Positions 11,277-24,449 are shown, counted from the first letter of the whole stretch. The stretch: DNA of 63,884 bases, filler included, from Basidiobolus meristosporus CBS 931.73 (GCA_002104905.1; 3 parts of 3 records of this genome joined end to end with filler, not necessarily neighbours in it); one strand, 5' to 3'. A program made the numbers and translations. Notes: a model not told the origin generated them from the letters alone.

Positions 11277-14032
11277 AGCAATGCATTCTGCTTTTCAGTA
11301 ATATCCCTATACCAATGATAAAGTTGTACATGAAGCATTTCAAGCTAAATGATCCCTTAGATATAGCAGAGAAACTTGGAAAAATTAGCAAGATATTTCA
11401 GAGTATCTACTGCCCAAAGTCCTTCTTGTAGGCTCCAATCCCCTATGAAAAATACTGTGATGATCCTGACAAAAGGCCATCACGGATTCTAAGTCCCAAT
11501 AATGCTCATGAGCCAATCATAATCTTCACTGGTACTCTATTGACTATTCCTTTCAAGTATAATAGCTTTCCTGAGTTTGAGGTTATTTGAGATAAGTATT
11601 CTTCTGTCATATAGAAGGTAAGTTCATGGTCTTCATGAAGTTCATCCTCCATGTTACTATGCTCAAGGGCTTACATGTGGTTGAAGGTTCTTGCTTACTA
11701 GTGTCCATTTCTTCTCTGAGAGTTGTACTATGAAATATGTCCTTGCTGGTGGCAATTAATGAAAAGTCCTTTCTTTTTACATTCTTCTGAGGTGGAATTC
11801 TTTGTATAGTGTCTACTTCCCTTTGCACTGCTTCTGATTTCTTCTTTCAAAGTGATTATAGCCTCTGTGATAAGTCACATTGCTGAATCATAGTCAATAG
11901 ACCCATGATGGCTTCTTCAATGGTTTGAGGCCTTCAATATTCAACTTCCTTGCAAGTTTATTCTTTCAACCCATCATCAAAGTATTCATCCTGATAAGGT
12001 AGCTGACCTGATCTGTTGTGATGCTGCTGCATAATGCTGCTTGCTCTGTGGAGCAATTCCTTCAGCCTTAAAAGCTTCTTCTATCTACAAGAGCCAAGTT
12101 CCCAGGACTCATTGACTCTATCATGATACTAGTTGACCTTCATGCTAAAGTTACACTTGACAGGTTTTGCAGGTTCTAGGACTCGGCAGTAATTCCTTGT
12201 GGCAGCTAACTAAGGATCTGGAGTAAATGCTGCTGTTGGGCCAGGATTTGCTGCATAGTGTTCTTCCATTCTTGCATCTCTACATCTTGAATGAGGTTTC
12301 TTCTTTCTTCAGGGGAGATATTTCTGGTTATGGCTGCCATCTATGTTACAAGTCTTGATACAAGAGTTGTAGAGGAATAGGAAGTTTAGCTAGTACTGTA
12401 CTTACTTAAGCTTAAACCAATGTTTATTGAGGTTCCAGTAGCTCCTGACATACATTCTGCCCGACCAATTGATGACTGATTTTATTTCCTGAAGTAGGTA
12501 GTGGCAGATGACTCATTTAATTACTTCATCATCCCTCAATTGGATCCTGCTTGCTTTCTGATAAGTATCTACCAATTCACCTTCTAATCAATACTACTGA
12601 CTTGATAAACATCACTTACTTACTAATAGGCTAATCATAAAACCAATCGATTTAACTAAAAACTCATGTGATATAACAATTCAAGTGGTAGATCATAACA
12701 TGTTTGATGAGAATCCATCAAGTGCCAAGCAAAGGCACAGGCATTCATACCTTCAAAGTAGACCTTGCTTCCTAGCTGTTTGTAACCTTTGTTATCAAAT
12801 ATATTGGAAATGTTTGCACTTGATTGATGCTAAGTGTGGTATTGTATAGTTTCACAATATTTGTTAGACTATATGAGCTTCTTTAGATGGGGTATTATTG
12901 GAATATAACTGGGATGTGAGGGATGTTTTCCGGCTATGGTGGTGGTTTCCTTACCAGTTGAACTTGTTGCAATGGTGGCATTTTCTGATGTGAATGCCAT
13001 GGAGCTATTAATACAGGCTAGTATCAGGATGGTCTCTAGGTCATATTCTGCCAGCTGCATAACAGTTGTCCATTAGGGCCATGTACATAGTCCCTTTGAA
13101 AAATCTCAAGCTTGTAACTTATTGGGCTTTCAGCTAGTATTCTGCTTGTATTCTATTGGTATTTTGCTGGTATTCAGCTGTTGTTTTTGGCTCAAAATTT
13201 CAAATGCAATCTTTGAGGGAGGTAATCAGCAGCTAATTACCAAACTTGGTATGGATGCTAGTTGGCCTAGTCTCCTCTGGAGACTTTGTATGCTTGCCTG
13301 CCCATCAGCTAATAACAGAGATATTAAGAGTTGACAATTTTGAGAAACTTTAAATTTGGCTGATATTATATTGATATTTTGCTAGCCTTGCCTTGATTTT
13401 TCTCTTAGGGAGTAAGATGCATCCCAAAAGATTTTTGCAAGCAGTTGTAGTATCTCTTCAAGGCCCCCATTACCAATATTAATGGAAGCACACCACTTTT
13501 CTAGCCACAACATCACATTACTCACAAACAGATGGATTACTGAGCTCACTTGGCTCTATAAAGTGTCCTTGGCACTTTTTTCTACAGGTGTTGGCTCATT
13601 GCATCTTGCAATTTTGTTGGGCTCAGGCAAGGTACTGTTGTTAGAGGAGATAGGCTCACAATATATTAGTGTGTCTTCTTCTTCAGAGCTATTGCTCTAT
13701 CTGCCATATTCAGAAGGCTGAGGTGAGCACAAAGGCACTACAGACTCACCTGACTTAGTTTGCACAAGGTGACAGGTACAGCTAGGTGCTGTTATATAGG
13801 TGTCAAGTGGCTGGCAGGATGTAATTGGTACAGAAGTACCTGATCAATTGTCAGATATGACTTGTGTGGCAAGACACTGGCTGTGATCCTTGTAATACTT
13901 CCTATGCTGTCTGTGCACTTCATGGCTGAAAGGCTTTCTACAATAGCCACATGGTCTTCTTTCTTCTCTTACAGTGTTGAACCAAAGTAGTCTTCACCAT
14001 GGGGTAAACAGATTGTTACTCAACAACATAAT
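11277..14032. mobile_element. Patchwork of CACTA relics: transposase piece (11277-11440,+), CCCTATGAAAAAT terminus at 11441 with accessory-ORF relic, transposase 5' part and upstream region on minus (~12700-14032, continuing 18460-~18600)
   Basis: ORF 11240..11431 (FSNIPIPMIKLYMKHFKLNDP) and ORF 12869..13060 (MQLAEYDLETILILACINS) match the 49662..51275 transposase; the 11441 terminus matches the reverse complement of 53740-53810. Confidence 0.75.
13092..13410 (+). mobile_element. 319-bp non-autonomous CACTA-type MITE (second copy)
   Basis: CCCTTTGAAAAA ... TTTTTCTCTTAGGG; AGT on both flanks; paralogous empty site CATGTACAT-GGT-AAGTTGCATCCC at ~51295-51320. Confidence 0.85.
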
Positions 14033-17000
14033 AGACTTGTTCTGTAGGATAGTGCCACATAGTGCAAGCTTGCTCATAGTACTGGATCAATCTAGCACTC
14101 TAAGGCATTGTCTGTCACTAAAATTTCTATCCCAATGCCAGTGGTAGGATATAGTTACTGGTAACTATACTCAATCCTGCTTATATTGCTCATAATAGTG
14201 CTTTCCTTGCTATATCTACTCTTCATAATGCTCCAGACACATTTCTCTGAGTGGATGTCTTCTTGTATGAATATACTGTGCATCAATAAGTACATTAACT
14301 ATTTTACCTATTCTGCTGCTTTCTCTCATATACAACTTTCCTCTGTATTTACCAGCCAATATGCTGAATCTCTTCAGATATCCAAATGTTTGCTCTACCT
14401 TCACTCTGAAATGATTAAATATTTCATTGTAGAGCTTCTGCTTCCTTCTGTGCACACCATTTCTTGGCTTCCTATATGCTGTACTACATCCTAACCTCTG
14501 ACAATCCTCTCCTATATGAGCTAAGTCTGCCATAGATCTCTCCGCTTTACTGAATTCTGGATGATTCTCCACCTAGAGTGCTTTGTTTTGCCTACTTCCA
14601 GCAAATGGCCCTCAGAACAAGATGATGTTACCCACAATGTCAGACAGTGCTTGAAACTTCACATAGTGTGCCTTGTATTTGCCAGAATCAATGTGCATTT
14701 GCCCTCTGGAAGGTCTGTTAATCCTGAATGGGAAGGTATCCAAGATACTCCTTACATGGAACCAGTTGCTGAACACTATAGGATGTGGAAGTCTATTGGA
14801 GTGTCTGAGCCAAGTATTCCCAGCTTGCACTAAGTCATTCATTCCTTCTGCAAGGTGGTTCTCCATTGCTGTCAGCTGGAAATGAAGGCTTCCAGTACTT
14901 TTGTTGCCATGGATGGTGGGATGAAGCTTTGTGGGGCTATAACTTCTGTAATAGCAGAAATGCTCAACAAGGGATCCCCTTGAATAGATAGGGGTATATG
15001 GTCCACAGTACTTGGTATAGATCTCCTCTGGTGTGTCAAAAGGAGATCCAGTGGTGGTGATGGGACTGATGAGAAAAGACCATTCAGATGAGTAAGTCAT
15101 ATTAAAATTAACAGGTGCTTGGGCTGAGGTGAATTGAATTAATTTGGGGCAATCAGCTTTATTTATCTGATTTCCATTCATTATCATTAAATCTCCATCA
15201 ATTGCCATATATCCCTTCATTAGGTTGCAAAAATCATCCTCAAACAATGACTTGGCATTTTCATTGATGCTTTACTCACAAGTTTATAATCAAATTGAAA
15301 ATCTGCAATTGATGTGATCCAACCTGTGTCAATGGAATCCAAGATGCATCATGCATTATATATGGAAAACTCAGCACTCACATTAGTTTTCATATTCATT
15401 TCATATAAGACCAGGTAGATGACAATACACTACTGTATAAGCATCCAAATCCATTATTATGGTCCCTATACCAGGTCTCAGCTCTTGTTTAGTACAACCC
15501 AGACAAAACACATCCCTAGCCCACAAGCACAGTGTAGTGGGGTCACAGTGACACCGACTGACAGATGTGCTCATTGCCATATTTTTTACTTCCCTATTTT
15601 TCTGCTACACATATTTTAGCTTTATCCCATTTGTCTTACCTGTTCAGTACTATCCCATAAGCCAGTTGACTATCACACCCGCTTACCTTATTGCATAAGT
15701 TATCCCTTACTTTATGTAAGATCACTAGCTGTAAGTGCTTCTATATTAGGCAGAGACCCATGCCAGTACCTGTGACACATGATCAACCTGTGTGACCATC
15801 TCTACCATTTCTATACCATACATGGTATCCCTATGTTACACAGGGTTCAGAGTGCTGATTCCTGATTGGTTCAATATGCTGTGCCTCTTAGAGCCTTCCT
15901 GCACCTACTTAGAATACTCTTAGCTTACTCAGATGTCATTGAGATTTCCATTGACCTCCAGGACCTTCTGGAACACCATGATTAGTAATCTCTTAGCCAG
16001 TGAGGAAAGCATATAAGGGAGGCAACCCCTCAACAATAAATCATCATCCCTTTTATCAATATACCAGCTTGTTGATTAGTGTCATCACTGCTACCTGCGG
16101 CTACCTGAACTTCCAACCCTAGACCACAGGACACTCCCAGGAAACCATGCAGACAGCCAACTAGCCTTGGAAGCACTACTTGTGAGGAATACTCAGAGTA
16201 GGTATCTTTTATTATATATGATTCTTTCCCAAGTATGTTCTTGTACAGGGAAAGATACTTTTCAGTCTTTGTAACTATTGACCACAGCTGCATACTTATC
16301 TAGTCTTTGCTGGTAGAGTTTACAGCTGTTTTGACTTTGGAAGCTTTAGTACATTGTCATCTCAAGGGATGCTGAACCCAGCACATACTTTTGTTAAGAT
16401 GCCAACTAAGTTGGGGATTGTAGCTCAATAGTTTTCCCTTGACAAGCTTGTGGTTTTATTTCCCACCACATTAGATTAGAGACAGAACCCAAGTGTTCCT
16501 AGCAAGCTTTTGCCAGAGGTTATTGCACCCAGTGAACACCCTTGGATTTATACACCACCACAGTGGTCTGAACCTGAGAAGTCAATGTGGGATCTATTTG
16601 AGTTCTTACCAAATGATTTTGGTATGGCCCAAGTGCCTATGTTGAGCCTTCATACATATATTTGGGCACTATGCCTTGATCTAGCTGAGCTAGATACCTC
16701 AGAGAGTCAACAGGCATGGAAGAGCCTCAGTGGAAAGCCGTGGCATGGGTATTACAACAAGATGCCAGTGGATGTGTGTAAGAAGATATAAAAAGACAAA
16801 TATTGAAATCAAGAATGAGCTGAGAGTGGGGGATTTGATGAGGAAGCCATGTGGGAACAACTTTGCACACAATTTGCCAAGCACAGGCCAGACGCATTGG
16901 TTTGTGCCTCTACTATGGGAACCAAGGAGATTTTAAATGGGTTTTTGCCTCAAGTGACTAATGTATAATGTGATATATCAGTAGAGCTAAGTGGCTTCCA

Positions 17001-18459
17001 AGAGCAATATACATAGGACTCTTCCAGGCAACAGTTCCAGAGTGTCAAACATACTGTAAGTGATTACCTTGAGGAATCAGAAGGTGACCTTCAAGAGGGG
17101 GAATACAGACTGCAAGCAACAGCATCTTGATCATGCCAGCATACCTTGCTGGATTCCTTACCATCCCTTGCAACTTCAGTGTGCCGGTATATGTTAGTCC
17201 AGACTACACCAGCACCCTTCTCAAGAGCACACCACATTGAGTCAACACATGTCAGGTCAATAAATGCGCTTCAGAGAAAAACTCCCAGAGCTTGCCAAAC
17301 TGCTAATTTAAACACAAGTCCATTGGAGCAAACCAAGTTGCATTAACAAGCAGCATCATATCAAACTCAGCTAAGGGCCATGCCTGCATGTGCTATTACA
17401 CCTGACCATCAGCAAGTTTCTTCTGGTGAACTGACTGATGATGACCCACATGAAGTGCCTCCACCACCAGAGCTTTTGGTAAGCAAAAAATGCATCAGCA
17501 CATAGCACTACAGGGCAGCTCAGTTACATTATCTGGAGCAATTAAGCATGGCCAAACCGCAGCATTGCACTTGTCAACTAGGAGACAAAATACTGACTAT
17601 AAATACAGAGGTAGCCAACATGATAGTCAGCCTGGAAGTAGTTTAGGTGTGCAAAGTGAATCCCTACCAAATACTTCAGTAGTAATCCCTGTTAGAAAAA
17701 ACCTAGGAGAAGATGATGTGATTGCATTGAATCATTATTATTTGTCATGATCTACGCAATGTATTTTATTTTGCAATACAAATTGAGCCATTGCAAATCA
17801 GTGATCACTAAATTTTTGATACAATCTATATCAGGATCATCTCACATTTGAGCCAGAACCCCTTTAAGTAAACAACCTGCATATATATACATCATCTGTT
17901 ACACCAGTGCAGCCATTTAATCCGTCTTGCACCTATTCAGTTGGTTACATGATAGCTATGACACCTTGTCCAATCTCTAAGATCAGGGATTTACTTGCTC
18001 AATGGGCAAAATAAGATATTTAATGGCAAATCAGGTAGCTTGTGTTTTGGTCAAAGAGCCAATTGGGGGCTGACAGCTTCAGGATACTTTCAGACCAGTC
18101 AACCATGGAGATATCATCCAATTGGAGTGATGGTAACCAAAATGGTAAGTATCAGTGTAGCTTATATTATGATACACATTTATTTCCATTTACATTCAAG
18201 AAACATACCCAAATACTGTATTTTACCTACCATAATAGCAATATCCACTTGTGCACATGATGCAAACGTAACCAGTTGGCACAATCATCTGTGCCAACCT
18301 CATTGTGTCAGATTGTGCTATAATGTGTGAGAACATCCCACATGGTGAAAATTGTCCAAGAGCAATTCTGCCTACTGGTAGCTATAGTATTGTGCCTGAT
18401 TGTTCTTAGAGGCTGCAGGTTGTGCCGCTTACCCTGGCACAGTACAATGGAACAAGTCT
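14033..18459 (-). mobile_element. Full-length but decayed copy (D) of the PHIS two-ORF transposon
   Basis: AGACTTGTTCT...GGAACAAGTCT termini, AAT TSD; transposase pseudogene 14216..15247 (-), ORF2 pseudogene on + interrupted by a 1030-bp solo LTR; length without the LTR is ~3.39 kb, like copies A and C. Confidence 0.93.
15533..16562 (+). mobile_element. ~1.03-kb solo LTR, probably Ty3/Gypsy type
   Basis: TGTAGTGG...CCACCACA imperfect terminal inverted repeat; flanks ACAG/GTGG consistent with a decayed GCGG 4-bp TSD; homologous to 36122..37198. Confidence 0.75.
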
Positions 18460-18851
18460 AATGCTTTTTTATAACTTTTTTGTCAATACCAATGCAATGT
18501 TAGGACAATCTTGTATTTGCAACATTGCACCTAATAAGCCATTATATTAAAAGTTTCTATTTTACCAGATTTTTAGGTGCTCCAAGTGTCTCCAAAGGCA
18601 TATATTTGTCTTTTGCACTACCCCAAAAAGCTCTTTGATGGCAGGTCAGAGGAGTAATTGCTGATAGTAGGTGCAGCAAGCAGTAGCTAATCAATAAAGG
18701 GAAAATGTTACTAATAGAAGGAATGATTTAACAACAAGGGATTGAGTTGCCTTAAATGCTTTTTCTGATTGCTAAGTAATAAGTAATGGCAAGGTTGTAG
18801 AAAATTCCAGACATCAGTGGAAATCTTGATGAGATCACCATGAGTTAAAAA

Positions 18852-21810
18852 TGTTGTAAGAGTCATGGAGATATTCGAAGTGATTGGGAGAACAAGTAGA
18901 TTATGTGGTTTTCACTTAATGATTTATTGAATGTGAAGTAGTATTTATACTTTTACCTGGTCTTGGCATTACAAACACGTAGAATAGGTTAAGGAAGGTC
19001 CCAAGAACATGTGTGCAAAGTTTGGGGCTGTTTGGACAACTTTGAGAATTTTCATGTTCTGGGTACCTGGTATTTTGGTGAAAATATTCTAAGTAAATCC
19101 CGACAAGGAATTTGGTCAGTATTCTCTAGGATTTGAAGGTGATGATCTAAGTGACTAAGTTAGGTGAATATTTAGGTGGAAATACAAATTTTTACAACAC
19201 TCCCACTCAGCTAAATGTTCATACTGACTAGTCCTAATTTTGACCTAAGATATTCAAACTTGTCTCTAGCTAATGGTTTGGTAAATATGTCTGCAATCAT
19301 TTCATCTGTAGAACAGTAAACTAAGCTAACTAAGTTATTCTCTATAGCTTCACGTATGAAATGATGTCTAATATCTATGTGCTTGGTTCTAGCATGAAAA
19401 GTTGGATTTCTACCTAGTTGTATACATCCTTGATTATCTTGAAATAAAGTAATAGGCATTTTTTGACATAGGCCTAAATCTGCAAAGAGCTTTCTTAACC
19501 ACATTGCTTCTTTTGTAGCTTCACAGGCTGCCATATACTCTGCCTCTGTAGTAGAAAGTGCTACGGTTGGTTGCTTTCTTGAATTCCATGAAATGGCTCC
19601 TTTACAGTAAAGAAAGGTGTATCCTGTGGTGGATCTTCTGTCTTCTAAATTTTGTCCCCAATCAGCATCAGAGTATCCCACAAGATCCTGTTCTGAATCC
19701 TTATAAGTGTATCTTAAGCAGATATCAGCAGTTCCTTTTAGGTATCTAAAAATCCGCTTAACTGCTGCAATATGATCAGATCCATAATTCTGATTATGTT
19801 GGCTGACAACTCCCATTGAATATGAGATATCCGGATGTGTTCCAAGCATGATATACAACAGACTGCCAATCATAGATTGATAAGGAAAGTCAGGGCTTTC
19901 AGATGGCACCAAGCTCTCTTGATTTGGTTGAGTTTTGACCAAGTTAAGGTTTGTCTCCATTGGGGTAGCTGCCGGTTTACAGTCTTCCATTTTGTACTTC
20001 TTTAGTATATCTTGAATATACTTGGATTGGCTTAGGGTAATAGTCTGGGTACTTCTGTCTATGGAGAACTTAATCCCTAAGTAGTAACTGAGTTCTCCTA
20101 GATCGGACATCTTGAACTCCTTTGATAGGCTGGATTTAGTCTCTTCCAATGTTTCTAGGTTATTGGCGGCTATAATAAGATCATCCACATATAGAGCTAA
20201 TAGAACAGGATTTGCTCTATCTGGCTTATAGTATATACTACAGTCAGCATTACTCCTTTTGAAACTCAAAGATTCCAAATATGATTCTATCTTGCAATTC
20301 CAGGCTCTTGGTGATTGTTTGAGACCATATAGTGACTTTTTAAGCTTGCAGACCAAATGGGGGTTATCTTGGTCAACAAACCCATCAGGCTGGTCCATAT
20401 ACACGTCCTCATCAAGTTCTCCATTCAAAAATGCAGTTTTTACATCCATTTGATGAATAAAAAACTTATATTTGGCTGCAATAGCCAATATTAATCTGAT
20501 GGAATTAAACTTGGCTACCGGTGCAAAGGTCTCAGTATAGTCAAGTCCTTTTGTTTGAGAGTATCCTTTGGCTACAAGTCTTGCTTTGTATCTTTCAATC
20601 GTACCATCAGCCTTGTATTTTGTCTTGAAGACCCATCTGCATCCAATTGATTTTTGGTTGATTGGTAATTTGACTAAGTCCCAAGTTTGATTTTCCATCA
20701 GGGCCTGATATTCCTCAGTCATTGCAGATCTCCAAAACTTTGTCTGAGGGCTATTTAGGGCCTTTTTACAGTCTGGGGTTCATCAATATGGACTGAATAG
20801 GCATAGGCTAAGTTTGTACCCTCATTAATATAGTAATTTGGGCTATTTCTTGTCCAATTTGATCTCCAGGCATTTGATACTGGAATGATCACTTCTGGGA
20901 TATTCCTGGGCACTGATTCTGGCGACCACGGTTGTAGAGTCCTCTGGAGTGAAAAAATTTTCATTGTTTTGCTCTGATTCAATCCTGACAATTGGTGGAC
21001 TTGAGATCAAATTTTTGTCATCATCTGATGTCATTTTTTGTGAAAATTTTGAATTTTCATCAAACAACACATCCCTGGACTTGATCAGCTTCTTTGCTTT
21101 GGTATTGTAGAGTCTGTATGCCTTACTCTCATTGCAGTAGCCCAAAAATATGCATTTTACACTTTTTGGCTCAAATTTTGACTGATTTCCGGCCAGTTTT
21201 TTGGCATATGCTGTGCACCCAAATATTCTTAGATGTTCTGCACTTGGTCTGTATCCATACCATGCTTCAAATGGAGTAGAATCACAAAGTATTCTGTTAT
21301 AACTCCTATTTTTAAGGTATACAGCAGTGGCAACTGATTCCGCCCAAAAATCATAGGATAATTTTTGATCATGGATCATAGATCTTGCCATATCAATTAT
21401 TGATCTGTTAGCTCGTTCTGCTACTCCATTTTGCTGTGGGGAGTATGGTACAGTAGATCTCTTGCTTTATCCCATGAATTTTGACAGAAGTGGATGAAGA
21501 GTTTTGAGGTATATTCTCCACCATTGTCAGAGCGTATTTTCTTGATTTTTTCACCAGTTTCTCTCTCCACCATGGCTTTAAACTCCCTGAGCTTAGACAG
21601 AGCTTCTTCCTTTCTCTCCATGAAGTAGACCATGTGTATCTTGTATAATCATCAATAAAAGTGATTAAATACTTCATCCGCCTAAGGATAAATTTTGCAT
21701 AGGTCCACACAGATCTGAGTGAATTAGATCTAATTTTTCTTAGTTTTGATTAACCCAGAGCTCTTGAACGTTGTCTGGCTTGTTTCCCATATATGCAGGC
21801 TTCACAGTGC
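18852..21810 (-). mobile_element. Copia element 3' half (integrase-RT-RNaseH, PPT, 3' LTR 18852..19199); left arm of a fold-back
   Basis: ORF 19211..20722 has RT (VKTAFLNG, YVDD) and RNase H (YSDADW, STTEAEY, ADIFTK) motifs; integrase frameshifted; PPT TAGCTGAGTGGGAG abuts the LTR. Confidence 0.95.
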
Positions 21811-21828
21811 AATCTGATCATAATTTGA

Positions 21829-24449
21829 GCACTGTGAAGCCTGCATATATGGGAAACAAGCCAGACAACGTTCAAGAGCTCTGGGTTAATCAAAACTAAG
21901 AAAAAATTAGATCTAATTCACTCAGATCTGTGTGGACCTATGCAAAATTTATCCTTAGGCGGATGAAGTATTTAATCACTTTTATTGATGATTATACAAG
22001 ATACACATGGGTCTACTTCATGGAGAGAAAGGAAGAAGCTCTGTCTAAGTCAGGGAGTTTAAAGCCATGGTGGAGAGAGAAACTGGTGAAAAAATCAAGA
22101 AAATACGCTCTGACAATGGTGGAGAATATACCTCAAAACTCTTCATCCACTTCTGCAAAATTCATGGGATAAAGCAAGAGACTACTGTACCATACTCCCC
22201 ACAGCAAAATGGAGTAGCAGAACGAGCTAACAGATCAATAATTGATATGGCAAGATCTATGATCCATGATCAAAAATTATCCTATGATTTTTGGGCGGAA
22301 TCAGTTGCCACTGCTGTATATCTTAAAAATAGGAGTTATAACAGAATACTTTGTGATTCTACTCCATTTGAAGCATGGTATGGATACAGACCAAGTGCAG
22401 AACATCTAAGAATATTTGGGTGTACAGCATATGCCAAAAAACTGGCCGGAAATCAGTCAAAATTTGAGCCAAAAAGTGTAAAATGCATATTTTTGGGCTA
22501 CTGCAATGAGAGTAAGGCATACAGACTCTACAATACCAAAGCAAAGAAGCTGATCAAGTCCAGGGATGTGTTGTTTGATGAAAATTCAAAATTTTCACAA
22601 AAAATGACATCAGATGATGACGAAAATTTGATCTCAAGTCCACCAATTGTCAGGATTGAATCAGAGCAAAACAATGAAAATTTTTTCACTCCAGAGGACT
22701 CTACAACCGTGGTTCAGCCAGAATCAGTGCCCAGGAATATCCCAGAAGTGATCATTCCAGTATCAAATGCCCGGAGATCCAATCGGACAAGAAATAGCCC
22801 AAATTACTATATCAATGAGGGTACAAACTTAGCCTATGCCTATTCAGTCCATATTGATGAACCCCAGACTGTAAAAGAGGCCCTAAATAGCCCTCAGACA
22901 AAGTTTTGGAGATCTGCAATGACTGAGGAATATCAGGCCCTGATGGAAAATCAAACTTGGGACTTAGTCAAATTACCAATCAACCAAAAATCAATTGGAT
23001 GCAGATGGGTCTTCAAGACAAAATACAAGGCTGATGGTACAATTGAAAGATACAAAGCAAGACTTGTAGCCAAAGGATACTCTCAAACAAAAGGACTTGA
23101 CTATACTGAGACCTTTGCACCGGTAGCCAAGTTTAATTCCATCAGATTAATATTGGCTATTGCAGCCAAATATAAGTTTTTTATTCATCAAATGGATGTA
23201 AAAACTGCATTTTTGAATGGAGAACTTGATGAGGACGTGTATATGGACCAGCCTGATGGGTTTGTTGACCAAGATAACCCCCATTTGGTCTGCAAGCTTA
23301 AAAAGTCACTATATGGTCTCAAACAATCACCAAGAGCCTGGAATTGCAAGATAGATTCTTATTTGGAATCTTTGAGTTTCAAAAGGAGTAATGCTGACTA
23401 TAGTATATACTATAAGCCAGATAGAGCAAATCCAGTTCTATTAGCTCTATATGTGGATGATCTTATTATAGCCGCCAATAACCTAGAAACATTGGAAGAG
23501 ACTAAATCCAGCCTATCTAAGGAGTTCAAGATGTCCGATCTAGGAGAACTTAGTTACTACTTAGGGATTAAGTTCTCCATAGACAGAAGTACCCAGACTA
23601 TTACCCTAAGCCAATCCAAGTATATTCAAGATATACTAAAGAAGTACAAAATGGAAGACTGTAAACCGGCAGCTACCCCAATGGAGACAAACCTTAACTT
23701 GGTCAAAACTCAACCAAATCAAGAGAGCTTGGTGCCATCTGAAAGCCCTGACTTTCCTTATCAATCTATGGTCGGCAGTCTGATGTATATCATGCTTGGA
23801 ACACGTCCAGATATCTCATATTCAGTGGGAGTTGTCAGCCAACATAATCAGAATTATGGATCTGATCATATTGCAGCAGTTAAGCGGATTTTTAGATACC
23901 TAAAAGGAACTGCTGATATCTGCTTAAGATACACTTATAAGGATTCAGAACAGGATCTTGTGGGATACTCTGATGCTGATTGGGGACAAAATTTAGAAGA
24001 CAGAAGATCCACCACAGGATACACCTTTCTTTACTGTAAAGGAGCAATTTCATGGAATTCAAGAAAGCAACCAACCGTAGCACTTTCTACTACAGAGGCA
24101 GAGTATATGGCAGCCTGTGAAGCTACAAAAGAAGCAATGTGGTTAAGAAAGCTCTTTACAGATTTAGGCCTATGTCAAAAAACGCCTATTACTTTATTTC
24201 AAGATAATCAAGGATGTATACAATTAGGTAGAAATCCAACTTTTCATGCTAGAACCAAGCACATAGATATTAGACATCATTTCATACGTGAAGCTATAGA
24301 GAATAACTTAGTTAGCTTAGTTTACTGTCCTACAGATGAAATGATTGCAGACATATTTACCAAACCATTAGCTAGAGACAAGTTTGAATATCTTAGGTCA
24401 AAATTAGGACTAGTCAGTATGAACATTTAGCTGAGTGGGAGTGTTGTAA
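21829..24449 (+). mobile_element. Copia element 3' half; right arm of a fold-back, 3' LTR cut by the scaffold gap
   Basis: Near-identical reverse complement of 19192-21810; ends in PPT plus TGTTGTAA before the N run. Confidence 0.95.
22067..24430 (+). CDS. Copia pol (partial integrase + RT + RNase H), 787-aa open frame lacking gag/protease
   Basis: IRSDNGGEY, PYSPQQNGVAERANR (rve); WDLV..IGCRWVFK, YVDD (RVT_2); GYSDADW..RRSTTGY (RNase HI, Copia order INT-RT-RH). Confidence 0.9.
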   Translation: MVERETGEKIKKIRSDNGGEYTSKLFIHFCKIHGIKQETTVPYSPQQNGVAERANRSIIDMARSMIHDQKLSYDFWAESVATAVYLKNRSYNRILCDSTPFEAWYGYRPSAEHLRIFGCTAYAKKLAGNQSKFEPKSVKCIFLGYCNESKAYRLYNTKAKKLIKSRDVLFDENSKFSQKMTSDDDENLISSPPIVRIESEQNNENFFTPEDSTTVVQPESVPRNIPEVIIPVSNARRSNRTRNSPNYYINEGTNLAYAYSVHIDEPQTVKEALNSPQTKFWRSAMTEEYQALMENQTWDLVKLPINQKSIGCRWVFKTKYKADGTIERYKARLVAKGYSQTKGLDYTETFAPVAKFNSIRLILAIAAKYKFFIHQMDVKTAFLNGELDEDVYMDQPDGFVDQDNPHLVCKLKKSLYGLKQSPRAWNCKIDSYLESLSFKRSNADYSIYYKPDRANPVLLALYVDDLIIAANNLETLEETKSSLSKEFKMSDLGELSYYLGIKFSIDRSTQTITLSQSKYIQDILKKYKMEDCKPAATPMETNLNLVKTQPNQESLVPSESPDFPYQSMVGSLMYIMLGTRPDISYSVGVVSQHNQNYGSDHIAAVKRIFRYLKGTADICLRYTYKDSEQDLVGYSDADWGQNLEDRRSTTGYTFLYCKGAISWNSRKQPTVALSTTEAEYMAACEATKEAMWLRKLFTDLGLCQKTPITLFQDNQGCIQLGRNPTFHARTKHIDIRHHFIREAIENNLVSLVYCPTDEMIADIFTKPLARDKFEYLRSKLGLVSMNI

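Noticed and set aside
8161-18459. RIP as the cause of TE decay
   Set aside because: The substitutions I could align sit mostly at CpG rather than CpA; a formal context count is still needed.
18640-18845. Possible inverted relic of the 1-kb LTR family
   Set aside because: Similarity to 15930-16100 is too patchy to support by eye.
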